A model generated the notes under the pieces. It ran no database searches, was not told the origin of the DNA, and worked only from the letters and a program-made list of their open reading frames with translations. A DNA stretch of 63,035 nucleotides, filler included, from Stramenopiles sp. TOSAG23-3 (taxonomy: Eukaryota): the NCBI GenBank assembly GCA_900128585.1. It is 10 parts of 10 records of this genome, joined end to end, with 100 filler letters (N's around TTAATTAATTAA, not from the genome) between each part and the next. Parts side by side here need not be neighbours in the genome. Positions count along the whole stretch, not along the records: positions 22,736 to 30,211 come from LT643148.1; positions 30,312 to 37,785 come from LT643149.1; positions 37,886 to 45,358 come from LT643150.1; 7 more parts are not named here. The stretch is one strand, 5' to 3'. Both the position numbers and the translations under genes were made by a program. Shown here piece by piece: positions 30,049 through 40,112 of this stretch (positions are counted from its first letter, which is position 1; each line of letters starts with the position of its first letter).

Positions 30049-30211
30049 TTACTAAATCCATATGTATATTTATATTAGAGATTCATTAATTAAAACCCTA
30101 TCAAATGGAAAATCCCTACTTAATAAAAAAATCGAATACAAACGTAGTAGATGCTCTGTATATGAGGACTACATGGTACAGTGGGAACTACCCATACCCC
30201 CCTCTTCCATT

Positions 30212-30311
30212 NNNNNNNNNNNNNNNNNNNNNNNNNNNNNNNNNNNNNNNNNNNNTTAATTAATTAANNNNNNNNNNNNNNNNNNNNNNNNNNNNNNNNN
30301 NNNNNNNNNNN
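30212..30311. other. Artificial contig linker
   Basis: N44-TTAATTAATTAA-N44; the next contig starts with a poly-A run. Confidence 0.98.
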
Positions 30312-30354
<43 letters not shown>

Positions 30355-31326
30355 ATTCATCTGCTCGTAAACAACTGTTTCTACTGTATTTAAATTTAAT
30401 TTTTTAATTTAATTATTTTAATCATCTAATGAACGTTGAAGTCAACATTCCCATAATTAAAAAGTAATAAAAATAGTATTCTAATAATAATTTAATATTC
30501 TAATTCACCGCCGTTATATCATATCTGGCTGGTATTAGCTTATAAAAAGCTGTATTGTATTCCTCTTCTTCTCTCGCTCTGTTAATATACTTACTAACTA
30601 CAGTACAGTCCTCGTAGTATTTAATTATATTGCTATTCTTAATTCTTATAATAAGTGCATCATTTATTTAAATTGTATAACTAAAAACGTAGTCGTTCTA
30701 CTACAGTATGTAGTCTAATACGAGTAGCAAATACATAAAATTAAGTAATATTGCCTTATTATAATGGCGTAGTAGTAATTTAATACGAATACTACTACAA
30801 TTTAAACTGTAATATAATGTCATATAGATTGCAATAAAAATGATGGACGAAATTCAAAATATAAATGTAGTCTCTAATAAAAAATATAGAAGAAGAATTC
30901 TTCTATTTCTTCCCTATAATCTATGTATTATTATTAATTAATTATTTTCTTCTATTAAAATTTTAAAACAACAAACAACAACATCAACGAAGAACTAAAA
31001 AAAAAAAAACTAGAACGACAATAATAACATCAGAGAATAATAAGAGAGAATAAGAGAGATAGAAGAAGAACAACAAAAAAAAAAGAAAGAGGAGGATGTT
31101 TAGGCAGGGGTGTTAGGAAACAGAGAAACTTTAGTCGATTAGCTCACGAATATAATATGTATGTTTTTTGTCACACTTTAAAGAAAAAGAAAATGAAGAT
31201 GAGAGAGAACAATTAACACTCTCTTTTAAAAAAACCCTAGCGTCTCTTTTATTCATTCTTTCTTTCTTTTCTTCGGAGAGTTAGTTTGCCGGGGATACGC
31301 ATAGTTGTCAAGTTAGTTATTTCCGA

Positions 31327-33177
31327 ATGATGCGGCGCACGTCTTCCAACAACAACCGTCGGATGACCCTCGGTCCAGTTTCGGATACACGGGTGAATAG
31401 CAAGAAAAAGACAACCCGAAACTCTGCCGGCCCTGGCGGCGGCCACAGGCGGCGGAAGTCCCTCATTCCCTCCGACTTGACGTCGCGAAAGTCTACTTCC
31501 CGGTCGTCGCACCAATCCAGATCCTCTCGCGGTCGCAGACAGTCCAGTATTTATGGCGGTTCCGTAGGCACAGTCGACCCTAGGCCAATAAACGACCCGG
31601 GATACATGAACACAGAGCAACGTGTTCTGATAGGCTACTTGGTGGAGAAGAACTACGACCACCAGATATCCCCACGTACGTTAACAAACCCAACGGGGAA
31701 GGATTTCGAAAACATTGCAAACTTTCTTTTCCGTCAAATCGACCCAACCTTCAAGTTTCACAAGTCCATGGTGAACGAGGTACCCTTAATGTTCAAAGGG
31801 CTGCACTACCCTTTCAACATCAGCAAGACCGCCCTTTCGGCCGTCGGAAGTCCACACACGTGGCCGTACCTGCTGGCTTGCTTGACCTGGCTGATCGAGC
31901 TTCTTGGGTACGATGAAGACGCGGAAAAGGCCAAGGTCGAAAACCGCCAGAGCGAGGCTGCCGGGACCGGGGAAGGCGGCAAGGACGGGGACCTGGTCTT
32001 CTTCGAGTATTTGCACGAAGCCTACGGGTCGTTCCTTGCTGGGGACGACGAGCACTACCAGAACCTGGAGTCTGACCTGGAGGGCCGCGTAACGGAACAG
32101 AACGAAGTCTTTTCCGAAGAGATAGAAAAGCTGAAAGACGCCAACGCCCTCCTGAAGAAAGAGTTGAACGTACTCCAGAGCTCGGGAAGCACCCTGCCAA
32201 AATTGAAATCGAAGCGGGCGGACCTGCAGGGGGAGCTGCAGAACGTCAAGGACGCTCTGTCTCAGCAGGAGGACGCGCGCAAAGACCAGAAAGAGACGCT
32301 GAGGCATCGCCGGATGGACTTGGACATGCAGGAGAAAGAGCTCGCAAATGCCGAAGCAGAGGCACAGAAATTGAAGGAAAAAATAAGCTCGCAGTCGATC
32401 AGTGCGGCCGACGTCGAGGAAATGACGAAGCGCCGCTTGAAGCTGAAAGATCAGATGACGCAGCAGGAGGAGCAGCTCGAGGAGAAGAGAAGCGCGATAT
32501 TGAACGTCGAAGACCACATTGCCGACGGCCTTAAAGCGCTCAATGAGTTTGTAGACAAGTACAACGAAAAGGCAGCAGAGCTCAAAATGATCCCGTCTAC
32601 CGCAAAAAACGCGGACGGCGAGGACCTGAAGCTTGTCGTCAACGGGCGTACATCGGACGTTGTGAACGTTAACCCGAAGCGGGTGATTAAGCCCGCCGTG
32701 CGACGCATGGAAGACAACTACAACATCAAAACGACGGAGGAGAAGACGAGGACAATGAGTTTAGAGAGCTCGATCAAGAGCGTTGAAAGTTTGAAACGGG
32801 AACGGGAGGAGCAGTTAATAATTTTAAAGAACGAGTGTATCAAGACCGAGGAGCAGTTGAAGCGGGAGAAAGCTGCAATGGAGCTGTGCGTTCAGAAAGG
32901 TGCAGAAGAGACCGAGGAGTACGAGCTTCGCATTCACAAGCTCCGGCACGAGCCAAATGCCCACACGGAAAGGCTGCAAATCGATTTGCAGGAAGCCAAG
33001 AGCAACTTTGAGCAGACGAAAGCCTCCATTGAACAACAGAGGGGCAGGTTGGCATCGCAGTTTGAGAAATCGCTGAACAGCATTACCAACCATAAGTTTC
33101 ACTTTGAAAGCAAACTTAATGAAGCCTTGAAAGAAATTAAAGGTAAGAGGCGAGCCCTTCAATCCTCTGGAATGTAA
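31327..33177 (+). CDS. NDC80: Kinetochore protein NDC80/HEC1
   Basis: Basic N-terminal tail, DPRP, PTGKDFENIANFLFRQID, LHYPFNISKTALSAVGSPHTWPYLLACLTWL, then a long coiled coil. Confidence 0.95.
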   Translation: MMRRTSSNNNRRMTLGPVSDTRVNSKKKTTRNSAGPGGGHRRRKSLIPSDLTSRKSTSRSSHQSRSSRGRRQSSIYGGSVGTVDPRPINDPGYMNTEQRVLIGYLVEKNYDHQISPRTLTNPTGKDFENIANFLFRQIDPTFKFHKSMVNEVPLMFKGLHYPFNISKTALSAVGSPHTWPYLLACLTWLIELLGYDEDAEKAKVENRQSEAAGTGEGGKDGDLVFFEYLHEAYGSFLAGDDEHYQNLESDLEGRVTEQNEVFSEEIEKLKDANALLKKELNVLQSSGSTLPKLKSKRADLQGELQNVKDALSQQEDARKDQKETLRHRRMDLDMQEKELANAEAEAQKLKEKISSQSISAADVEEMTKRRLKLKDQMTQQEEQLEEKRSAILNVEDHIADGLKALNEFVDKYNEKAAELKMIPSTAKNADGEDLKLVVNGRTSDVVNVNPKRVIKPAVRRMEDNYNIKTTEEKTRTMSLESSIKSVESLKREREEQLIILKNECIKTEEQLKREKAAMELCVQKGAEETEEYELRIHKLRHEPNAHTERLQIDLQEAKSNFEQTKASIEQQRGRLASQFEKSLNSITNHKFHFESKLNEALKEIKGKRRALQSSGM

Positions 33178-33784
33178 GAAGTTCTATTGCGGGTAATGCG
33201 CAGTGTCGGTCGGTGCATCGCCGGGTTCTACCCAGAAACAAGGCATTGAAAAAACATTCCCTGAAACATATGCTGCTTGAAAGATCAAGATTGTCCCGGA
33301 CACCAGGAGAACACGGCCGGTATTATTCTATCATATTTTCTTAAACTTATTAAAAAACATATAATTATTTTTCAATTATATTCACAAAATTTACGCGCCG
33401 TAACTTCAACGACGTAAATACTCTTCTATTTTCTAAAAACTGTATTTACTTTTAGTGACCTACTAAATAATTACCGAGTGGATGACAGTGACAGGAACAT
33501 TGAATTTAATAAAATTAGATAATTGAACTAAGGTTTTAAAAAAATTTAACTGCTTAAGAACTTCTTCTCTGCTTTTCTTTTGGAGTGTCTTAAAACATAC
33601 TATACATCTCTTTTTAATTAGTATTTTTACTTCTCGCATGAATTCTTACGAAGTATTATTTTACGCCGCCAAAACAACCAATCAACAAAATGCGTTTCAA
33701 ATAAACTTCTAACCAACTCCTGGAAGTAAGTTACATTTTGTTGGCACTTCATTTATATTTTGAACAGCACAAACTCGGATAAAA

Positions 33785-34147
33785 TTACTCGCTACTTTTA
33801 TACAACACGTTATAGACGGCGTGCAGCAAGGCCGCCCCGGGCAAGCCCTTTTGCATCTCTGGATCGACACCATTGGGGTGTTTCGAATGCGCGACGCCCC
33901 AGTTGTTGCGGCGACCGTATTCTTCTAATAGTCTAAGTTTTTTCAAATATATGTTCCTCTCGTGCATTAAAGCAAGTTTTGTGCATCGCAAGAAATGGTC
34001 CCTTTGATAGACCTTTTGGGAGATAGTCAAACAATTTTCCAAGTCACTAACGGACCGTTCTAATTTCGCAGGAAGTGACTTTACGGGCCGGTACATCTTT
34101 GCAAGCAGGTTGGCCTCGTGCTCTAGCTCTTCCAGTTCGGTTGGCAT
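33785..34147 (-). CDS. Small protein with an EB1 C-terminal (EBH)-like domain and no CH domain
   Basis: LMHERNIYLKKLRLLEEY...LLHAVYNVLYKSSE resembles EB1 LEKERDFYFGKLRNIE...I.DILYATDE. An upstream ATG at 34243 is also possible. Confidence 0.6.
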   Translation of the reverse strand: MPTELEELEHEANLLAKMYRPVKSLPAKLERSVSDLENCLTISQKVYQRDHFLRCTKLALMHERNIYLKKLRLLEEYGRRNNWGVAHSKHPNGVDPEMQKGLPGAALLHAVYNVLYKSSE

Positions 34148-34769
34148 GGTAGGTTTATGGGCCGAAACGGCGAACCTTAGGACAGGCACACAAAAAACGA
34201 TAAACGCAGCCGGTGAACACACAGAAAAAGCTGGGAAATACATAAATTTCTAATTCATCATCAGATAATTTCTTTTTATTCAAATGTTTATAATTTCAAA
34301 ATGGTATTTATATTGTATACTTCGTACTTCAGTTTCAATTTTTATTAATAATTATTAATAATTTTAATAATAATAATAAAATAATTTTGAGAAGAAGAAG
34401 ATGATATTAATAATAATAATAATATTATAGAAGAAGATGGTGATGTGATTATATTTAGGTTCCGTACAGGTGGTACCTGGTATTAATACGGTAGTTGGGT
34501 GTACCCGTAGTAATAATATTTAATTAAATACCAGTACCTGGTACCACAGTAACCAGTGTACGTATGGCGGTATAAATAATACGAGGTACCCGTAGTAGTA
34601 GTATAAAATATTGGACCATCACTTCTTCTTCCTCTCCTCTCTCCTCCTTCCTCCTTCTTCCTCATAATAAAATAATACCAAAACCACCAAGGAAACTAAC
34701 AAACAACAAAAATAAAAAACAGACATCCATCAGTTTGTGTATTAATAGTATGAACTTACAAGAATAAAC

Positions 34770-34828
34770 ATAATTACACATTTGAATCCAATCAAATGTG
34801 TAATTATCCATTTGAATCCAATCAAATG
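34770..34828. promoter_or_regulatory. Perfect 16-bp inverted repeat plus duplicated CCAAT-containing 20-mer in a divergent promoter region
   Basis: ATAATTACACATTTGA-atccaa-TCAAATGTGTAATTAT, followed by a second CATTTGAATCCAATCAAATG. Confidence 0.5.
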
Positions 34829-34950
34829 AATGCTGAGCACTCTTTCAAAAGCCATAAGTTCCCCAACTTTTGTTTTTTCATTCGTGTGTTCGTGTGAGAG
34901 GACTGCATCGAACCGATACCCCCCCGTCCCACTTACGAACTGACGAGAGA

Positions 34951-36033
34951 ATGCTGTCTGCAGAGCACTATGCTCTTGAAAATGAAGTTGTGCGCAACGT
35001 GTTGCAGATTAAACAACATGAAATACAGTTCTATTTGGACCGATTCAACTCTATTGCGTCGTTAGACACTGCAAAGTTTCACCAGAACGACACCTTGAAG
35101 TGGCTAGAGTTGCCTTTTCTGTATGCAGGCTCTCTGGCGATTGTATTTGCTCTGAACTCTATTCTGTGCTGCACGTTTGCAGGAATATGGGGCCCCTCTC
35201 TTGCCCTTAGGGGACCCAATGGCAGCGTTACCAAAGCTTACCATGGCTTACGTAAGGAATCGAGGGTTGTCATGGCTTCGTTTGGCCTCACAATTTTTTT
35301 CTTTACAGTTCATATCTGCGCGGCACTCTTTGCTGTTGACTATCAGAACAAAGATGATAAGGGGTTCCACCCGTTGTTCTGCGCCATTATAGTAGCACTT
35401 GGTATGGGACTTTCTGTAATGCACTTGCTCAAACTGCGGGTAGGCTTCAAGTTCAATCGGGGGACATACGATGAATTCAACCCCGAGAATGCGATTATCA
35501 GCGATGGAGAAATGGAAAATATTACCGAATCCTCATCCGCGAAAAAGGGGTTGTTACAGAATGAACTTGCAAGCTCCGCACACGTGCGCAGGGACGACGC
35601 GATGACTACGAGGACCCGCGAACGCTTGTCCGGCATATTCCAGTGCGAAGGCTTTCTAGAAAAACGAGGGCGCAGGAGTAGTTCTATATTTCGCGGTTTA
35701 GTGAATAACTGGGCAGAAAGATATTTCCTTTTGCAAGGCACCAAGATGTACGGCTTCAGAGACAGCAGCGCGTGCGAAACGTTCCTGGAATCAAGGGACA
35801 GGTCTTGTTTCAAGGACGTCAAAACGATCAGCCTTATTGGTTACGAAGTCATGGTCGATTCTCGCCAGTTTTCCCAAACCCCTACCTCCAATGGTACTGG
35901 GTACAGCAACCATTTTAGTTTCTCATTGCGAAGGATGGCCCCTGGTAGAAATTCAAAACATGATGTGGGTGAAAGCATTAGTTATGGCAAGTCTGAACGC
36001 CGAGGAATGATAGTTAAGTTCGCAGTTCAGTGA
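34951..36033 (+). CDS. Membrane protein (GPSLALRGP motif, 3 visible TMs) with a C-terminal PH domain
   Basis: Hydrophobic segments around WGPSLALRGPNGS; PH motifs CEGFLEKRG, NWAERYFLLQG and TISLIGYEV. The PH C-terminal helix is not evident. Confidence 0.7.
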   Translation: MLSAEHYALENEVVRNVLQIKQHEIQFYLDRFNSIASLDTAKFHQNDTLKWLELPFLYAGSLAIVFALNSILCCTFAGIWGPSLALRGPNGSVTKAYHGLRKESRVVMASFGLTIFFFTVHICAALFAVDYQNKDDKGFHPLFCAIIVALGMGLSVMHLLKLRVGFKFNRGTYDEFNPENAIISDGEMENITESSSAKKGLLQNELASSAHVRRDDAMTTRTRERLSGIFQCEGFLEKRGRRSSSIFRGLVNNWAERYFLLQGTKMYGFRDSSACETFLESRDRSCFKDVKTISLIGYEVMVDSRQFSQTPTSNGTGYSNHFSFSLRRMAPGRNSKHDVGESISYGKSERRGMIVKFAVQ

Positions 36034-36151
36034 AGGAATGCAAACCTAGAATGTCTAAAGCAAATCTAGATTTCAGTTCGCAGTACATTAATTTTAATTA
36101 CTTAAATAACAGCCAATTTTCTTGATTATAATAATAACTGCCGGTACGGTC

Positions 36152-37402
36152 TCATTCGCAGCCCCTCAATAGGTACTTGTGCTCATAAACCCAACATGCG
36201 AATACCACCAGTATATCCCTGAATTCGTAAATTCCTGCAAAAATATTCGCAAAGACACATACCCAATACGTTCTGTACACGAAAGTTGGGCTACGTGCAG
36301 GGCGACTAAAAGCAACACTGATTGCATTCACACCAAGAAGCGCGACGCAAGCAAAGCCGGAACGCAAAAACCCAAAGATAACATTGACGTGCACTATCAG
36401 GGATGCAGCTAAAAACGACAGTCGTCTGTAGTGGAAGCCAACACCAGAGTTGTGCCTTATAGTCGCTGCGTAATCTTTACACAAGACTACAGAAAGGAGC
36501 GTAGAAACAAAAAATATTCTGGGGAAGGGTGACATTCGTAAATAAAAGACGTGCACTGGTCTATACTCAGAAACAATACATTGTCCAATCTCAGCTTTAA
36601 CAAAATTTTCTGGGTGAGCGGGGTAATACGCAACAGTGCTACCGTATGCCCGTTTTTGAATGGGGAATATGTCCTGCTTTCTGACGATATTGTCGTAACC
36701 ATACATGTGCCAGTCGTTCGTTTGAAAATAATGGATGTCTCGTTCAAAATCTATCGCTGGATTCAAACAACTTTTCACGGGCCCTGCTAAGTGTGGACCC
36801 CGATAAGCGTCGTTGTTCGTGTTATTTTGACGAACAAATTTAAAAAAGTCCAAAGATAGTCCAACACTGTCTTTCACATGCCCACAGATTGCACAATTAG
36901 CATGGTAACTCAAGCTCATTTTAGCGCCTGTACGCCTTATTTCTTCTATCATCTTCGAAAATTTGAATTTTCCAGCTTTCAAAATCTCTTCCTGGAGAAT
37001 CGCAAGATCACCATCGTTATCGTATATGATCGGGGCATTGGATCTAATTGCCCCCAGGAGGCTTCCGCTCATTAAAATGGGATGAATTCCATACTTTTCC
37101 ATAATAACAGTCGTAGTGCTCAGTAGCCGTAGCAAACGCTCTTTTCGGCTGCAACAAGTTGCTTCCTCGCTGTAGACGTCCGATCCGTGAGTCCACTGCA
37201 GTGCTTGGGGGTGAGAAATTTTCGCATTGCATACTTCGTCTTCTGAAAATAACCCTCCAATGGTAACTTCATCATGCGTGTATCGGACGGATAGGAAAAC
37301 AAAAGAAACGAAAACGAAGCAAAATGAGAGTTCACAATTGTTTTTCAAGTTGTTGACCGGAGTGAGCTTTGGACTGGCGGAAGTGTCTCTTCGCCTGCTC
37401 AT
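36152..37402 (-). CDS. LicD/fukutin-family phosphotransferase with N-terminal anchor and C-terminal TMs
   Basis: LMSGSLLGAIRSNAPIIYDNDGDLAI, SLDFF and DIFPIQKRAYG...PAHPENFV; three hydrophobic segments at the C-terminus. Confidence 0.8.
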   Translation of the reverse strand: MSRRRDTSASPKLTPVNNLKNNCELSFCFVFVSFVFLSVRYTHDEVTIGGLFSEDEVCNAKISHPQALQWTHGSDVYSEEATCCSRKERLLRLLSTTTVIMEKYGIHPILMSGSLLGAIRSNAPIIYDNDGDLAILQEEILKAGKFKFSKMIEEIRRTGAKMSLSYHANCAICGHVKDSVGLSLDFFKFVRQNNTNNDAYRGPHLAGPVKSCLNPAIDFERDIHYFQTNDWHMYGYDNIVRKQDIFPIQKRAYGSTVAYYPAHPENFVKAEIGQCIVSEYRPVHVFYLRMSPFPRIFFVSTLLSVVLCKDYAATIRHNSGVGFHYRRLSFLAASLIVHVNVIFGFLRSGFACVALLGVNAISVAFSRPARSPTFVYRTYWVCVFANIFAGIYEFRDILVVFACWVYEHKYLLRGCE

Positions 37403-37785
37403 ATGCACAGCCGAAAAATGGCTTCTATTGAAATGTAAAACCTAAATGCTCAACTGTTGGTTTGCATCTTAGTGCCAAAACGAAAATCATCTCTTTTTGA
37501 CATACGCTTAATATTCTTTGCCTTTTCACTCCCTGGCATTTGTTTCAACTGACCTCACCTCGCATTTCGTTAGAGAAAATCCTTTATTCGATCGACGAAT
37601 AATAAAAACTGTTGTTTTATTACCTGGTACCAAGGTATTAATACTACCTGATGAAAATGAGTGTTGTCGTTGTCACCAGTAGTAGTTGTTGGTTTTTACT
37701 CCCACACCAACAAATTCACAACAGGTTTATTTTTAAGGATTAATAATCGCATTGCTAGACAAGGGGAAACAATGATGAAGATCAT

Positions 37786-37885
37786 NNNNNNNNNNNNNNN
37801 NNNNNNNNNNNNNNNNNNNNNNNNNNNNNTTAATTAATTAANNNNNNNNNNNNNNNNNNNNNNNNNNNNNNNNNNNNNNNNNNNN
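37786..37885. other. Artificial contig linker
   Basis: N44-TTAATTAATTAA-N44. Confidence 0.98.
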
Positions 37886-38138
37886 GTGGTGGTGGATATT
37901 TTTGTTGTTTCTTTTCTTTCTTGGAGAGATAGAAATACATTCTTCGATTACTTCATTACCAGTACCTAACCTCTAACGTTTCGAAGGGAGAAAAGAAAAT
38001 TTGAACGGTTTGAAATCGTCCAATATTTATACCCATCTGACTCAATTACAATTACCGTGCGACTTGTTTTTTCTAGTTGTTCCGTTTTCAACCTTAATTT
38101 AATTGTTACCCCCTCACTACCCACCCCTCACCACCAGC

Positions 38139-39104
38139 ATGTCTCTGAACGGTTCGAACGCTGGCCGCATGTCGCGGCTGTACTCTTTGAAGGGTAAGAC
38201 TGCGATTATCACGGGTGCCTCTCGTGGGATTGGGCGAGAGTGCGCCTTGGTCCTTGGACGCCTTGGGTGCAATATTGTTATTGCGGCCAAGTCTGACACC
38301 CCCCACCCGACCTTGCCAGGCACCATTTTTAGCGTAGCAGAAGAGGTCCGGGCACTGAATAGTGGCGCCCAAGCCCTGGCCTGTAAGGTGGACGTGCGGG
38401 ACGAGGCGAGCTGCCGGGCGTGCGCCAAAGCAGCGAAAGAAACGTTCGGCTCGGTTGACATTCTGATCAACAACGCCTCGGCATTGTGGTGGCAAGACAT
38501 CAAGGACACCCCGATGCGCAAGTACGACTTGATAACCGGGGTCAACGCCCGTGGCACGTTCTGCATGACGTCTGCCTGCCTCCCGTATATGGCCGAGAAA
38601 GGCTGGGGGCGCGTGGTGTGTATGTCCCCTGCGATCGACCCGGACTTCCGGCGTTACGGGGGGGCGACGGCGTACAACATTTCAAAGATGGGGATGAGCA
38701 TGGTTGCGATGGGTGTAGCGGCGGAGTACAAAGGGAAGGGGATCATTGCGAACACGATGTGGCCGGCCACGGTCATCGAGAGTTTGGCAGCGACCAACTT
38801 TCAATTAGGCGATAGAAAGAACTGGAGGCGCGCAACGATCATTGCCGATGCGACCGCGGGGCTCTGCTGCGAAAGCAACGATTTCACGGGGAACATGCTG
38901 ATCGACGACACGTACCTCCGTGAGCGCCACGGGTTTACGAGCGAAGACCTGGTGAGCTACCGGTGCGACCCAGACCACGAGCCGCCCCGTATCTTGGCCG
39001 GGGAAGGCATGAGCACCGTCGGGCACGTCAAGCGTGGGGAAGTCACCCGCCTCGATCGAGACATTCAGAATTCAAACATTTTGAAGCCCAGCGCAAAGTT
39101 GTAA
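38139..39104 (+). CDS. Short-chain dehydrogenase, HSDL2-like (no SCP2 domain), peroxisomal
   Basis: TGASRGIG, AAKSDTPHPTLPGTI, NNASA, YNISK and FTGNMLID; C-terminal AKL (PTS1). Confidence 0.9.
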   Translation: MSLNGSNAGRMSRLYSLKGKTAIITGASRGIGRECALVLGRLGCNIVIAAKSDTPHPTLPGTIFSVAEEVRALNSGAQALACKVDVRDEASCRACAKAAKETFGSVDILINNASALWWQDIKDTPMRKYDLITGVNARGTFCMTSACLPYMAEKGWGRVVCMSPAIDPDFRRYGGATAYNISKMGMSMVAMGVAAEYKGKGIIANTMWPATVIESLAATNFQLGDRKNWRRATIIADATAGLCCESNDFTGNMLIDDTYLRERHGFTSEDLVSYRCDPDHEPPRILAGEGMSTVGHVKRGEVTRLDRDIQNSNILKPSAKL

Positions 39105-39653
39105 ATGTACCGTGGATGCCGTATTTTGCGACGGGTGGGTGAGTGGCTGGTTCGAGTGTTGGAGTGTCGGGCAGATAGGGGGCGAACGTTTTCGTGCTTC
39201 AGACAGAAAGGAAGCGGGATTACGAAAGTTTGGTCGGACACTTCACGCATACTTTTTCAACACCCTACGGAGATACAAGACTGTAAAATGTACCGCCGCT
39301 CCTCCCCTCCTCCTCGCGGAATAACAACAAATTTTGTGTGCAGTAAACAACTGGAAAAACTAAAGAATTAAAAACAAATAAACTGGCGGGTATTTAAAGT
39401 AATTAAAGTTTATCTTCCTCGTGTTCGACGAAAATGAATCTGCTCCCCTTTTGCCAATTAAAAGTTTACGGTTCTTTCACGTACGACGAACGTAATATAA
39501 GTTATCTCTATACTCTTGTGGATTTACTATCAATATACCGTTAGAATTAAAAGCTTTATAATCAACAAAAAATGTTCGCGTTAGACGCAGTACGCGATAT
39601 CGTGTTTCGTATGTTCATGCGCAACAGGCGGGTACTAAAACCCCACCCACCGC

Positions 39654-40112
39654 CTAGACATTGGTGTCGTCCCCCTTGTCGCCCTTCTTCTTTCTGTCCT
39701 TTTTATGCTTCTTTCGTTTCTTCTTCCTACCGTTACGCCTGGAGCTGCTGTAGGTGTCCACGTCCCCGTACCCGAACATAAGCCCTTTCTGGTTGTACGT
39801 CTCCCGTTGGACTTGCAACCGGTTGCTGATGTAGCGAAACGCGCCCCCAACGAGCAACCCGCCGACGAGACTAATTGCACAGATGCCCCAAAACCCTCCC
39901 TGGAGTAAGGTGTGTAGTATCCCCGACGTCAAGTCCGCGCAGGAGGCCCCCGTGTGCTGCCCGTCGCACAAGCAGGCCCCAGCCTGACAAATCCCACTTG
40001 GGAACGAGCATTCTAAATTTGTTGTGCACTGTGCCATGACGAGCGCTGGTACGCTGAGAAGCAGCGTCATACCGACGACAATGGAGCGCGCCCACCGTTT
40101 CCCCGACATCAT
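39654..40112 (-). CDS. Small type I membrane protein with one EGF-like domain
   Basis: Signal peptide; CTTNLECSFPSGICQAGACLCDGQHTGASC; TM segment; basic tail. Confidence 0.8.
   Translation of the reverse strand: MMSGKRWARSIVVGMTLLLSVPALVMAQCTTNLECSFPSGICQAGACLCDGQHTGASCADLTSGILHTLLQGGFWGICAISLVGGLLVGGAFRYISNRLQVQRETYNQKGLMFGYGDVDTYSSSRRNGRKKKRKKHKKDRKKKGDKGDDTNV

Larger units (their letters stand above)
22736..30211. mobile_element. Putative large eukaryotic dsDNA virus genome fragment (Nucleocytoviricota- or mirusvirus-like)
   Basis: AT-rich coding DNA; abutting or overlapping genes; eukaryote-type but compact genes; no Shine-Dalgarno/operon signature. No hallmark capsid or polymerase gene is on this fragment. 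Confidence 0.7.

Noticed and set aside
30312-30353. Poly-A run as a retroposon tail
   Set aside because: It sits at the contig edge with no element body or target-site duplication visible, and A-runs are common in this genome.
31232-31240. AAACCCTA telomere-like / telo-box motifs (also near 11099, 30093, 45318)
   Set aside because: Isolated single copies in AT-rich DNA, with no tandem telomeric array.
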